A stretch of 64,000 nt of DNA, taken from contig NC_134025.1 in the NCBI RefSeq assembly GCF_964204645.1, positions 18,823,101-18,887,100 on the forward strand, read 5' to 3'. The translations under genes were made by a program, and so were the position numbers. This document shows positions 25,020 to 39,034 of this stretch, piece by piece. This stretch comes from Tubulanus polymorphus (lineage: Eukaryota; Animalia; Nemertea). Position 1 is the stretch's first letter, and every line of letters starts with the position of its first letter. Under the pieces are notes generated by a model. That model had not been told where the DNA came from and ran no database searches. It saw only the letters and a list, made by a program, of their open reading frames with translations.

Positions 25020-27050
25020 CTTCTACTGTAAAACAGGCAGAATAGGACCTCGTTACAGTGATACTAGTGCTACTCCGATACCACTGATACCAGTGATACT
25101 GCCCGATCCTCTCCGGGACCGGTGATACTACTGCTACCCCAATACCACTGATACCAGTGGTACTGCCCGATCCTTCAGGAGACCAGGTATACTAGTGCCA
25201 CTCTGATACCACTATACCAGTGATACTGCCCGATCCTCCAGGAGACCGGTGATACTGCTGCTATCCCGATACCACTGATACCAGTGATACTCCCCGAGCC
25301 TTCAGGAGACCGGTGATACTATAGACACCCCGATACCACTTATACCAGTGATACTACGGACGCTTTCGGCCGGCGTTGTATGTCGTGATGTTCTGTTCTC
25401 ATTGTATTGTCCCATGGCGCCCTCTACATAGCCGCCATCTTAAAATGGTGTTCTGGTACACCACCGAACAACCCAAAATGTGATCACTGACTATCCAGAC
25501 GGCAGCACCGAATTGAATAGCGGTGTAATTCGATGAAACATGGGCGTCTCTGTAAGAGGGCGCCATAATACGACAGCTAAATTACGGTCCTACAATAGGA
25601 GCGCTCCGATAGGGCATTCGATGCGGGCATACGAGGTATCAGTGCCGTGTTTGTTAGACTGGTTGCCGGTCTCTACCTTCAGTTAGAGACCGGTTGATCC
25701 CATCCTCCATTTTGCATTTTCGATGCATGTCAAACATGTCAATATCGAGTTACTTCCAGGTTAAAATGGCGTCTCATCGAATAAGCTAAACTAGGAGTAA
25801 TAACAAAATCGCACTGGAATGATTGATTACAGTAAATCAGCTGATTATCTATGAATCATAAATGTAAACAAAAGGAAAATTAAAGACCGAAGAAAAGGCA
25901 TTAATTGCTGTAAGTATCGAAATAATCCGCTGATATTTACTAGGAATTCAAACAGACAACTGAATTGATACTTAATCATTTTGTAGGTAAGAAAAAGGGC
26001 TCAGCTGCGATAGTCATTCTGAAGGAACTTGGCCGAAGGGGGACATGCTTTCTTTATCAACCGTATGTGAAATATATTCAGTGAATTGTTGTCTTTATGA
26101 TGTGAAAATCACTAAAGTCTGAATAAAGTTTACAATAGTTAAACTCCCTGTCAGTGTTTTGCGAGATCAGATATTTGGATCAACCGCAGCATCTCCACTT
26201 ATATTCTCGATACAGACAGTGAGTTGGGACAGACTTGGGAAAGACCAATAATTCAGATCATCTGGATATTCGCAATATTTTCCTCTCCTCATGGACCAAC
26301 ATGATTTTTGCTAGAAATTAAGTATAAAATCCATCAAGAAACACTCTTTTTACTGCCATTTTATATTTATTGTCCACTTTCTAGTACAAACTCTTAGTCA
26401 ATATACACAGCCTGACAAGACGATACGTATTTTGTGACATTGCAAATTGTGTGACAACAGGATGACACTAATATCTCTAACTTAACTCGAATCACAAAGA
26501 CCAAGTCTTGACCAAGACAGTAGGCCTAAATCCATGCTCGCTCGTGTAGTTATTCATAGATTCCAGCTCTTTAAACCTCATCACTGTTTCAGAATCAAGG
26601 AGTTTCATCGTTATTTGGAATCTAATTTCATGACGATTAGTGCTGGATTCGTTAATCTCTTTGATTCGTGATTGACGTTACTTTCTGAAATTGAATCAAT
26701 ATACATATCACCAACAATTAAACCTGGATTGAGTTTTAAATTCATGTTTCATCCTTTTTTCAAACTGACCATGATATAACAACAATTGATTCGAGCTCAT
26801 TCAATTTAATACGTACAACTTCTAATTCTTAAGAAATTCTGAGTTGTATCTCAGAGAATCAAGATCAGAACACACACAATGACCTACAAATAGACAATCG
26901 ACAGAATATTTGTAAATAAGTATTCATTCACTGTTCACAAGTTTTAAAAGACATTGTCATTGAAGTGAAGTAAGTGAAGTTACCTGTCGTTATTATCATC
27001 ACACTGAAATTGACTATCTCTACTGACTGACGTTCTGAACTGAACAGGCC

Positions 27051-27196
27051 ATGCAGCAGAGGCCACGACACCGGCAATTCGTCTTTTCACTTTAGATGAT
27101 TGATTGATTATTCTGAATGTGACACTGGACATTAGCAATCAATCATCTTAAGTGAACAGACAAATTGCCGGTGTCGTGGTGTCCCTGTTGCTGCAT
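27051..27196. repeat. Imperfect ~145-bp palindrome
   Basis: CCACGACACCGGCAATT..TTCACTTTAGATGATTGATTG versus CAATCAATCATCTTAAGTGAA..AATTGCCGGTGTCGTGG. Confidence 0.8.
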
Positions 27197-27502
27197 TGAC
27201 GACCGTTTCTTCGAGCAGGGTAGATTTTGATGGTGCTGTAACGGAGACATCTTGAATTGTATATCATTATTTTCGAAGCCACACGCAGTACAGGTGCCCG
27301 GAGAAGCGTTACCTGATAGTTTTGGTCGAGTTTCTTTCTTCATTGGTGTAAAAATTGACTCTAAAGCGGTCCATGGAACGTAAATTGAGACACTCTGGGG
27401 GCGGCCATGTTACTTTGTTCACGTGATGAAATACTGAAATCCGATTGGATCCGTATATTCCACGGAAGATGGCGGACGGGTTAAACCTGTCCTATTCTGA
27501 AT

Positions 27503-27590
27503 GTTCGTTCGTTCGTTCGTTCGTTCGTTCGTTCGTTCGTTCGTTCGTTCGTTCGTTCGTTCGTTCGTTCATTCGTTCGTTCGTTCGTTC
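27503..27590. repeat. (TTCG)n microsatellite
   Basis: Direct reading. Confidence 0.95.
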
Positions 27591-28002
27591 ATAAATAAAT
27601 CAGAATTAATTTGTAGATATAAGGTAATTCATATTTTGTTGCTGATGATGACTGGCTCCGATTCTTGTGGATATAGAGATTTTAATTCTATAATTTATTT
27701 TTAATTCATTGCACTCAATTAGTATTTTCACGTGATTGAATCATAACTTCCCATAATGGCGTTTCTTCTGTGATATTTCCTAAATTTTATTCCATAAAAC
27801 GCTTTGTAGCCACGGTTAGGAATGGTCCAATTGGCAGCTAAACTAGGCCAGTCTCTTGCTTATTGTTTAGATTCTGGCTACTTAGAAAAATAGTTGAATA
27901 GTTGACATGCCCTCGAAAATTGGGGAGAAACAGGAAGCTTGAGATAAAATGAATGAGTGATTCGGTTCATAGTTCTGTACTGTATTTGAACTATAACATA
28001 GG

Positions 28003-28510
28003 CCATCCCGACATTCCGACAATCCGACAAACCGGCACTCCCGACATACTGGCACGCTTCCGACATACCGGTGATCCGACAGTCCCGACATACCGGCAAT
28101 CCGACATACCGGCAATCCGATCCCAGCACCTCTGTACAGAGGAACATTAGGAACAAAACACTCCACGATACCGGCACCTTAGGAACTGAACGCCCCACGA
28201 TGCCACAAGGGGAATATTAGGAACCAAACACCCCACGATCCCGGTATTGCTCTACAGGCGATTATTAGGAACTGAATGCCCACGATCCCAGCACCCTTCT
28301 ACAGGGGAATATTAGGAACCGAACGCTCCAGCCTTTGTAATAAATATTTTTAAAACAACTGACATGGTTGAATAATGACTGGAATGTCTGTATGTAGGTT
28401 ACCAGGCCAGGATTGCCGGAGTGTCGGTATGTCGGGATTGCCGGTATGTCGGGAGTGCAAGTATGTCAGGATTGCCGGTATGTCGGGAGTGCCGGTATGT
28501 CGGGAATGCT
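28003..28510. mobile_element. Foldback-like element with inverted arrays of ~18-bp units
   Basis: CCGACATACCGGCAAT units at ~28005-28120, inverted at ~28410-28510; internal TTAGGAAC repeats. Confidence 0.6.
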
Positions 28511-29479
28511 AAGATTGGTATTTCTTCGGTCTGCATTGTGCGTATTGATACGTCAGGTAAAAAGGTCATTGGACTAACTTTTCCATGTTTTATACTTGAG
28601 CCGAGGAGTGTTTGTTTTTTCTATTGAGTAAACTTTGTGTTTTTAGTATATCAAGGTTATGACAGTCTTCCATAACAACATCTTAGACCTATGAATTCCA
28701 TAAGTATTTCGTCATGGGGTAAATAATCAAGTCAGTTTTTGTGTAGGCATCGAAATACACATATTGTGTAGGCATTGAAATACACACATGTTGCTGTGAT
28801 GGGTGCGGCATCTGGTACGGTTGTAGAGAATTACTAAAATCACCGTGGTACATATTAGGATGATAGTAATTTCCATAGACATGCGGCGGTTGTGCCGGAT
28901 AGTTCATGTAGCACACACTTGGTTCTTGATATACTGGCTCATTTATATGAACATTTTGATGAGTCGGTGGTTGAGTTTCATAGCACACGACATATTAGAC
29001 AATGATAAGCATCGATAGAACTCAATCGATTTACGTCAGTGTGAAGTTCATCAAATAAGTTAATATTTCCTTATCTACTAGTTTCTGGGGGGAAATATAC
29101 TCCTCCAATTAATAAGTGTTCGTCCCACCCTAGAAATGAATTTTTGTTTTGTCGCCCCCGTCAATTCATTATTTTGTGCGACATTATTTTGTGCTTTCGC
29201 CTATTTTGAAGTCGATTAATCTGATATAGTGTCGATTTTAAGGTCATTCTGGCAGATTCTTTTCTTTAGAAGTGATATTAAAGCGATTATTCCAGTGATC
29301 CTAATTAATGAAAGATCACATATTATTTCTGTTTTTAAAGATGTTTTTAAATGTTAGTTAATGTTGCGGTTCAAGTAGAATGACCCCAGACTCTGGGGCA
29401 CAATAATAGTGTTTGGTACATGGTCGATTTACTAAATAGGTCATTCGTATCAATACTTTTTCACGATTGATTTGCGGCG

Positions 29480-29700
29480 AGCGACAAAACCAAAATAACG
29501 ATATGTCGCGGGCGACAAAACCAAAATAATGAATTGTCGCGGGCGACAAAACCAAAATATTGAAATAACCAAAATAATGAAATGTCGCGGGCGACAAAAC
29601 AAAAATACTGAAATGTCGCGGGCGACAAAACAAAAACACTGAATTGTCACGGGCGACAAAAACAAATACTGAATTGTCGTGGGCGACAAAACCAAAATGT
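29480..29700 (+). repeat. ~30-bp tandem repeat with internal hairpin
   Basis: TGTCGCGGGCGACAAAACCAAAATA units. Confidence 0.85.
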
Positions 29701-32179
29701 TGCAGAAAGAACTCGAAACTACGACGAATTATTGTATTGACTGTTCTGTTTTAGGTTTTATTACAGCTCGTTTCAGAGACAGACATTCAATCTGGAATTA
29801 ATAACAAACTCCTTACTCAATTGCACAAAGATTGAATATGACAAATTGTATAAAGTATTTTCGTTATGATAATGCTATAATATAAATCAAACTTACAACT
29901 TTCGTCTTATTCTTTTGATTTTCCAGAGAGGTGACAAGCTTTAAATCAACCTCAAGGACACCATTTTAATTTCTGCCCTGAGGCCTATGAATTTACCAGC
30001 GACAGTAGCGCTACTATAAAAGTGTGGGAAATTCAAAATTGTATAAGTTGAAAACTCTAGTTTTTAAACGATCCACTCTCCCGCCACGAAAAATGAATAT
30101 CATAACATGTTAATTACATCTTAAAAACTAAACTTCACATTCATATTAAATTTACCTATACCACTTAAATCAGGTTTCACAATTTACTGTTCTACTACTG
30201 GAAGAAGCACACACAGTTTTGTAATTGGACGTTCCAATAAAGATTTGTGGATGGTTTTAATCTTAACATTTCGAACTTTTCCATCTTTGCCGGGAAATAC
30301 ATCAGTAACCCGGCCTTTTAACCATTTACCGTGTTCTGGCGATGGTTCAAAGAGAAGAACATAGTCGTCGACTTTCATGTCGCGATAACTTGATGCCCAC
30401 TTTTTTCTAGGAACTAGGGTTGGGAAAACATCCCTGTACCACTTTATCCAAAACGTTTTAACTAATTTCTGTACGAATTCTACTCTTTTACGCGGATCCC
30501 GAGTGTCCTCGAAAGGGCCTTGCGGTACGGAAATACCTGATCGACCGAGTAATATCATTCGGACGTATGTAGCTTCCATCATTCGGAACCGTTGGAAGCG
30601 CTCCGTCTGAAACTAATGTCTGAAACTCTAGCGCAGTAAGTTTGTCGACTCCATTCATTATACCCTTAAGCGCTCTCTTTACGGATTTATTAAGCGATTC
30701 CACACAGTCATCAATTTTGATGTGCTGCGGTGGGTGTTGTGAACTCCCACTGAATATGTCGGATAGCACACCACTCAACTATTTCTTTGGACGCGGCAAA
30801 CAGTTGAGTTCCATTATCGGAGAGAACAGAGCATGGAAAACCATGGATACAGATAAACCTCCTAAAGCTTTGTAGAAATTCTATGGCCGAATAATCTGCA
30901 GTGACATCACCATATACGCAACGGGTGACAAGGCACGTGAATAATACTCCCCAATACTTTTGCGTCTTGTTTCGACTTATCTTGATATTGAACTGCCCGA
31001 ATAAATCGCATGAGCAGCAGTAGAATGGCGGTAACGGCTTGAGACGATATGCCGGTAACGACGCCATAAACTGCTCTTCAAATTTTGCTTTCATTTCACG
31101 ACAGAATAGACAATGATAAACCACGGATTTCGATAGTTCGATTATCCAATAATTTGCACGTACTCGAGCCGCGGTGGCTGCAACGCCTGAATGCCCAAAT
31201 TTATGAACGTGTTCCACTATCAATCGTGACAGCCAGTGGTCTTTCGGAGGCAGTATAGGGTGGTTCTCCTCGTATTTAAGATCCGACTCGTCGACTCTCC
31301 CACCCACACGAATTAATCCATCCTTATCAAACGGTTTCAGATTAATATACGCTTTTTCGAAATAAGATTGTGCCATTTTTTATCAGTTGAGTTTTTGCTG
31401 ACAGCATTTCATTTGCAGTAATCGGATTCATTTCAGACGGCGGAACTATCAAATCATGTTGCGTTTTAACTTGCGAACGAGTGCGTTTTGCGATTGTTTT
31501 TGAATTTTCAATTGAGGCGCGTACATTTCTGTAGAAACGCATTATCATCGCAACGATTTTGACGACTTTACTGATCGGACTAAGCCTTGACAGTGTATCG
31601 ATGTCTCTTAGGACTGCTTTGTTTGCATTCTTTATCACCAGTGCTGTCTCTTCTGGCTGAGCGTAAGTAGTTTCTGAACAAGGCCACTGTTCATCTGCGT
31701 ATCTGAGGAAATCAAGACCTGGTATCATCCTTTCGTATAATATGATCGGTCCGTAAACCTCGAGAAATGTCATCTGCGACGTTTAATTCTGACGGAATGT
31801 GCCTCCAATTTTTTATTTTCGTTTTAGTCTGTATTTCGCCCGTACGATTGGCGACAAATACAGGGTCGGTGCGAGATTCATTTCGTATCCAGCCTAATGT
31901 GATCATTGAATCCGTGAAATGCGTGCATGATTTTATCGGAAGTCGTTTTTATTACTTATGTCAAACGGGCTGCTACGACAGCAGACTGAAGTTCCTGTCG
32001 ATCGAGAGTGATCCGTCGAAGTGGGGCAACACGTGATTTCGCAATCAAAATTCTTACATCATACGTTCCATCTTCAAGTGCCCAGCGTAAATAACTCACT
32101 GCACCGAAAACTGATTTTGACGCATCAGAAAAAGTCAGCTCTGGAAATCCAACGGCTGTTGCCGGTACCAAGCAGCGAT

Positions 32180-32700
32180 CTTGAACTTGAACTTGAACTT
32201 GAACTTTAATTTTATTGCTCCATATAATACACAAGTTACATAGGAAATGACAAGCAATAAAATATTAACATCAAGACACAGGGAAAACAGTACAAGAGTG
32301 GACATACATTTAAAATCGCTTTTATAATGGATAACATAGGAATAGAGAATATTTACAAATAAAATATGTTAAACGTAAAACAAAATATAATATTACAGCA
32401 AGGAAACTAGGTGGCGATACAATCAAGTGAATATAATATAAAAGAATCAAAGTGTTGAACGGAGGGCAAATAAAGAGTTAACTAGGTTACACATAAGGCT
32501 GGCAATTTCATAGTCTCCGTTGTTATAGGACATCAAAAATAGGAATTTATCGAAAACACAAAAAGACTCAAACTCTGTAATCGATCTTAACTTCAGGCAA
32601 CTTTTACAATTCCTCGAACCAGTTTTTCTATTTACCTGCAATTTCTGTGGGTAATGCAGTATCCCAATCCAATGATTTTAACCACAGTTCTTGCATCAGA
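32180..32700 (-). mobile_element. Probable LINE 3' fragment with (TTCAAG)n tail
   Basis: (CTTGAA)4 plus TTTATT on + strand (AATAAA and tandem tail on -); interrupts BEL coding. Confidence 0.5.
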
Positions 32701-32729
32701 ATTTTCCCCGTAATAATAACTGGGCAGCC

Positions 32730-33161
32730 AAATCCAAAGATAACAAATTCATATTATTTAGAACATACTGATCCACTCTTTAAAAGACTGAAAATACTGA
32801 GAATTAAAGAAATGAACAAATTACAGTTAGGATGCTTCATGTTTAATTATAACAAATCCATGCTACCTGATTCTTTTAATAATTATTTTCAATTTCGACA
32901 TGAAATCCACAATTATCAAACTCGTAGCCAAAACAATATGGAAATCCCTCGATTTCAAACTCGAAGAAATAAATTTTCGGTAAAGGTTTCTGGTCCAAAA
33001 CTTTGGAATTCACTCGATTCAACTTTGAAGCAGTCGAAGAATGTTTATGTATTTAAAAAGAATTTCAAGCAGTATCTGTTAACGGGTCAATAGTAATTTA
33101 ACATTTGTTTAATATGCGTTTATAGGTCGATCTGAACTTAACTTGTCATTATGGATGTGTG

Positions 33162-33197
<36 letters not shown>

Positions 33198-33403
33198 TAT
33201 GCGTGAGTGTTGTGGTGCAGGGTTGTGTACATGTGTGTGTGTGCGTGTGTTTGATTTCTATGGGCGCCAGGGCCATGTTTTATGGATATAAGTTTGTAAC
33301 TTCTCCTGGTGTCCATCGACTTGAATTACATTATTTTATTATATTATCTTGTTGTAATTTTCTAGTGTAATTTAATTCGTGAATAAAGAAAGAAGAAAGA
33401 AAG
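32730..33403 (+). mobile_element. CR1/L2-group LINE 3' end (ORF2 C-terminus, 3' UTR, tail)
   Basis: HTDPLFKRLKIL..HNYQTR..GPKLWNSL..FKK; AATAAA then GAAA-rich tail. Confidence 0.8.
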
Positions 33404-36245
33404 ATATCAAATGCGCTTAACATCATCTGAAGGACTTGACGTTTGGTCAAACAATCGGACATTTCGAGGGTTTTTGGTGCTGCAACTTGTATTCGAATAG
33501 TGTCACTGTCTTTATTCCACACCGTATCCAGAACTTTCTCATCGCCTGCATTGCTCGAGATACCAGGGAATGATTCACTGGATGACCATGACTTGATTTT
33601 GAAATGACCAGTTTCTAATACTTTATCAATTTCAGCGATACGTTTTTCTGCTGTTTCCGTTTTGTTTACACTTTCAGCAATGTCATCCATATATCTTTGA
33701 TTCAGTACAGTTGCGGCAGCATCGGGATAATCAATTAAATTTTGTTTCGCTGTCACATCTAGGGCTAAGTGTCGGAGACGCGATGTTTCCGAATGTCCAG
33801 ACGTTAGTTACGTATATGTCGGGTTCTCGAGTTGTTTCGAAGTTACGCCAGAGAAAACGGTGTGTATGTCTGGAGACTGGGTCCATTAGTACCTGGTGAA
33901 ACATTCGACTTACATTTTTTCCCGAATGTAGACCCCCCGAAGAAAAATCAAACTACAGGTATTTTCAGTCCACAATTCTACCAAACGTCATGTATTTTGT
34001 GGGATTTTACGGGCCCAAACCCGATGATCGACTTGAGTCAGAACGCCTTGAATTCTGTTACATGTATATCGAAACTAACTCGCCTTTATTGTTCTACACA
34101 ACTCAAAGTTGTTACGTCTCACTTGTGGTGCTAACTATACCGTACTCTGTTTGGGTTATTGTCATTTCCCTGAAGTCTCACCAATTCCACATTCACATGT
34201 CACCAAAAGACAATAGTTTAAATCGCACTCCAGAATATAACCATATAATTAATCCATTGAGATTCTTTCGAGTTGAACTTGAACAATTAAAAATCAATCA
34301 CTTTCCGTAATGACTTTCAATATGAGTTATATTTTCAGTAACAAATCCATTTCTAAGTACATGTATTTGAACTGCTGCACTGATGAAATTGTCTACTTAT
34401 GAATATAATATTTGAAGTGTATACTACATCCTGAAAGTATAATCTAAATCACTGTAGGAGGCAGCACGGTCAATGATAGTATAGAACACGAAACTGATGT
34501 ACATATCAGGCTACATTATATCAGTACTTCATACTTTTGAGTCCTGGAAATCATATTTGTGGTTATGGTTAGTTACTTATGAAACTGCTGTAAGTTTTGA
34601 TTTTGTATTCAAGGCGAGCGTTCGAATACACGTAGTGCTGAATCCAAGCCTACTGATTTGGAAGAACCATGAACACCTACAACTGATTCTACCAGAGAAA
34701 AATTACACGCTATTAGGGAACGACGGCTTAATACATGTACCAGTAAACCTTCTGAAACCGGATCGGTAAGATTTAGAATCATTCATTTGATGTAAATAAA
34801 TGCAAAAGTACATATTCTGACACAAATCTTAATTTTTTGAATAGGGTAATAAATCCACCAAAAGGAAATTAAAAAGTACCCTGAACGTACATGTAGGGTG
34901 GAAAGTTTACACTGAAAATTCGAATTGCTATAAACAAGTTCGAGGAAGTTCTGGTGGCGGAACACGTCAAATAGAAGTTGAGAGAGCCAGCACACGGCAG
35001 GAAATTTTGTAAAGGTTGCTTACGCTTTTGCAAGTTGATCGGAAGATGAATATTTCCTGGCAAACCGTCCGGCAAGGAGCTACCGGAGACATTTATACTG
35101 GACAAATATATTGTCGAGGAAGGTCTGCAAAATGCACCATGCAGGCTTTACATGCATAAAGGAAAGGTACATTCACATCAAAATTTGAACATTTTTTTTC
35201 ACAGAGAAAGCCGTATGACAACGGTTCTCAGGCTCAGGCTCGAATCTGGAACTCCGAAATTACCACATGTTAGCTCTCATTGCGCTTTGGATATGTTGTA
35301 CCTAGGGCTAATTTTATAGCTAAATTTAGCTGAAAGACGGGCACCCACAGACATTACCAGAACAAGGGTCTCTGGAAGCCTGATAATCAATTAATCAATA
35401 CATAGCTTTCGCTTATTATCTTATTTACATCCACCAGATTTAGAAGTATTTCTCTCTATGTAATAATATAGAAACCATAGAGGAATCTGATGAGAATTTG
35501 AGTGTAGATAAGGAGGAAGCAACGAAAGATAAAGAAGCTAAGAATTTGAACGAGTCTACCAAACAGGAAACCGAAATCAAAGAGATAGCTAAGAATTTGA
35601 CCGAGTCAGACAAGGTATACAATTATGAAATACCAAGCAAGGAAGAAGCTTGCAGCTTTTTGAAGGACATGTTTGAATGGGAGGAGAGTGACCGACATGA
35701 CCCCGATCTAGTAGGTGGGCTCGAAGACGTAGATACGAGTGTATACACTCCGGTCTTCATGCACAATCCATTTTGTATATACTTTATCGAGAGTAACGGT
35801 GGACGAGATAGATATGAAACAGTTATGTCAGGTTTGGGGGAATTCGTCTCATTCTCCAATGCAACAATGAGGAATTACAATAAGTTCAGGCAAGATTTTA
35901 CCTGTGCACGCAATGAACGTATTGCATAGGTAACACCACCACTGCTATATTTCTTCTCTGAAACAGATTTAAGCAAAAGTGTTTGGATCGTCGATAATGA
36001 GGCATTTGAGAAATATAACGAATGGGTCGCAACCCAAAAAAGGTTCATCGTTTAAAAAGCATGTTATTGAAGAAATAATTCATTTAGGAAATTCCTAAAA
36101 GTTGGTGGTTTTGAAAGAATTTTCGTTGTATTTTATTTAGAGAGAAATTAAGTTTTTAAAATACATTACTACAAGTCTAGTACACATACAAACAAAGTTT
36201 TTTGCATTATTTTTCTCACTTTATATTTCTGTGCATGTGGGAAAT

Positions 36246-37470
36246 TTATAGACGTTGCAGCATGTTTCCATATAGGTCAATTGCTTCGTTGCATGAAGTC
36301 GGCATTTCCCAGTTGTTATCAAGCATGACGTTTAAGAAAACCTCCGCAATTTCATCACTACAGCCATATTGATTTATCCTGTTCCCTGAATATTCATCCC
36401 TTGGTAGATTGAATGTCTGTACATGGAGAGGCATCGTTTGGTCCTGACCTCCATAAATTTCTGGACAGGTGAATATCATGTTTGATTCACATCGAATTAA
36501 TTTCATCTTTCGCACTCTGTGGTGGCTCCAGTCAAAAACTATTTGATTTAATTCTCTCCTGATTAATTCAGTGAAACAAAATTGCAAAAGGTCATATTGA
36601 TTCTCATTATGTGGGTCATACAAGTTCATTAGAATCACATCTTTGAAGAGGTTTATGACTGCAAATAGTTTTGACGTAAGAAACCCCAATACCGTTCAAT
36701 GCGTTGATTGTGCACAGATTTTCCTATGAGGTAAGGCTTATTGGCCTAGATGTCCTGGTGATACGATCGGAGAAGAGTTTGAAAGTCCAGTATACTCACA
36801 TTTTCACCACCCCGATCTACGCGGGTAAGCACTGGAACACCAGATATTTCATCAACGTAATCCAAATAGGAATTGACCATAGTCTCTGCATGTCTGTTAG
36901 TGTTCCCTACAGTAAGCCATAAAATCTTTCTACTGAAGCCATCCATTGCTCCGTGTATGAAAAATCCAAAATGGGCTAACTTATCATTTTGGTCAATGTG
37001 GATCATGAAGTTAGGTCCTGGACTGGTGTAAGTTCTGCGTCTCAAACGGTTCAGACGACGAGATGCCATAACATCAGGTTGCAGTATGTTCAATAAATCA
37101 TTCACTGTCTTCCTGTAAATACAATGGTAATCTTGTAAAGATTACTCGCTGCATTTGTACTGTGCCTAGATTGATATGACGCCCGTGGTACACATTTCAT
37201 TACTGGTTTTTACTACATTTTTTTTACTACTTGGTTTTTACTACTGCATATTGTAGGCTACCAAAGAATTACTTGTCATATTGCGTACTCATAACTTACT
37301 GTTTAACCGAAAGACCATGCTTAATTCTAAGCTTATTCCAGATAACCCATTCATTTTCCATCGTGCACCAATTCATAGTTTACTGCTGTTAATATCGCAT
37401 CCAGTGGACTTTCTTGGCATCTTCTTTTTAGACCCATAGCTTTTAAACGTCTTTTAATCTGTCGTTTACT
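36246..37470 (-). pseudogene. IS3EU-like DDE transposase, intron-containing, decayed
   Basis: LRRRTYTSPGPNFMIHID..KL..FGFFIHGAMDGFSRKILWL..RVDRGGEN; putative splice sites near 37113 and 37294. Confidence 0.7.
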
Positions 37471-38126
37471 GAAAGGAGCAATAAAAATAAATTCATGAAT
37501 AACACGGATTGAGAAATATTTTGAATTTCGGCCTATTAAAGTGCTAGACTCTGGTGGCAACCCATTTCTAGGATCTCAGTAAATCTGGAATACCGACATC
37601 CAAGGGTTGGCTGATGGATGTTTAACCTTGGAGACGGTCTATGTTTAAAGGGATAGGCTACGGTACTAGGCCTACGCAATTTCATATACCGTACCCCACA
37701 CTACCGCCACTTGGTTGTACAAGAATTGAAACAAGGATTGATTTTACTTGGTAATCCCATGACGGACCATAAGCAGAACCTGGATTTCTAAGTTTCGATG
37801 ACCACTTTTGAAGTAGCGCCTTACTAAATTGTCATAATAAACCATTTTGCTTGGATGGAGGAGTCGTGAACGCAATTAGGTCCTAGGTCGAGCAAAATTG
37901 ACGTAAAGTCCGGGGTTCTCATGAGAAGTCTTCAGAAAAAGTTGATGAGGGAGCGCAAGTTTTATTTTTATTTTATTTTCTTAAAAAAGGTGATAAACCA
38001 TGACCTTGAGATTATGACGATAGCGACACAATTTTTTCGCATAAAAAAAGGATATGCATTTTGAGGGCGAGATAATTTGATTAACATTTTTGTCTTTTCT
38101 TAATTGTTTGGCCATACATTATACAT

Positions 38127-39034
38127 GGGGTCATTCGTTTATTACGTACGCACGGTAAAGGTAGGGTTAATTCTTCAGAAGAGTGACAGATTCGTACAGT
38201 AGGTAGGTGTAGCTAATATCGTAAAGAGTATGTACGCAACAGTTAGTACGTTTTTAAAGAAAATAAATTATTTGTTCATCAAACCACCTTTGTGTTTTTG
38301 CCGCAGTTGTTTTAAAATTTTTCTTTTGATCCGTACATCATTTTAGAAATTTGGTCAAGAGTCGCATGAATGGGTTTATTCAAGCGGGTCTCACTGATTT
38401 AATTCACGTAACCCTCTCAAACCCTGGGATTGAGAGGATGTTCACGGAAATGAAACCGGGAATCGTGTCAAAAGAATCAAGTTGAAGCCTTGACCTCCGT
38501 ATTACAACTGATTATATATTTTATTCTACACTAAAAAAATGCATCATTTAATTAACCGCATGCGCTGGGGGATGGAGACGTGGATGACACCGGGTTATCT
38601 AGTGTTTGCGTTAAAGGATTGAATTACCCAGAGAGTTGAAGCAATAGATTATTAGTGGAATTTAACCTAAAAAGTTGTTATTTGAGTAAAGTTGGCTGTG
38701 TCGTCGACAAATCGTGAATCCAGCGGAAGTTAATAAAAGAGGCCGACATTTCATGATTTTAACGATGTTTTATTGAATATTTTCATTCCATTTGGTTTCA
38801 TATTCATAACTCTTTCTTAATAACCCTTCCATCTTCCTAGCACTGAAACGAGAGGAATAACAACACACACAGTGACAGTTCGGCGACAGACAATTGCGGT
38901 ACGCATATTTCTATTAATTTCAATTAAAAGCGTACGCAGGATAGGAGCATTGTGATAATTTGTGACAGGTGTGCACGGGCGTGGACCTCATTAAAAACGG
39001 CAAATTTTTGCGTACGTAATAAATGAATGACCCC
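38127..39034. mobile_element. Non-autonomous TIR element (MITE), PIF/Harbinger-like
   Basis: 26-bp TIR GGGGTCATTC(G/A)TTTATTACGTACGCA, 3-bp TSD CAT at 38124 and 39035. Confidence 0.8.

Larger units (their letters stand above)
30184..34250 (-). mobile_element. BEL/Pao LTR retrotransposon pol remnant (RT, RNase H, integrase), interrupted by LINE fragments
   Basis: YMDDI, FSDASKSVFGAVSYLR, AKSRVAPL, FVANR, DLFG, FTCLVTR, SDNGTQL, ERPITKLCVL. Confidence 0.88.
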
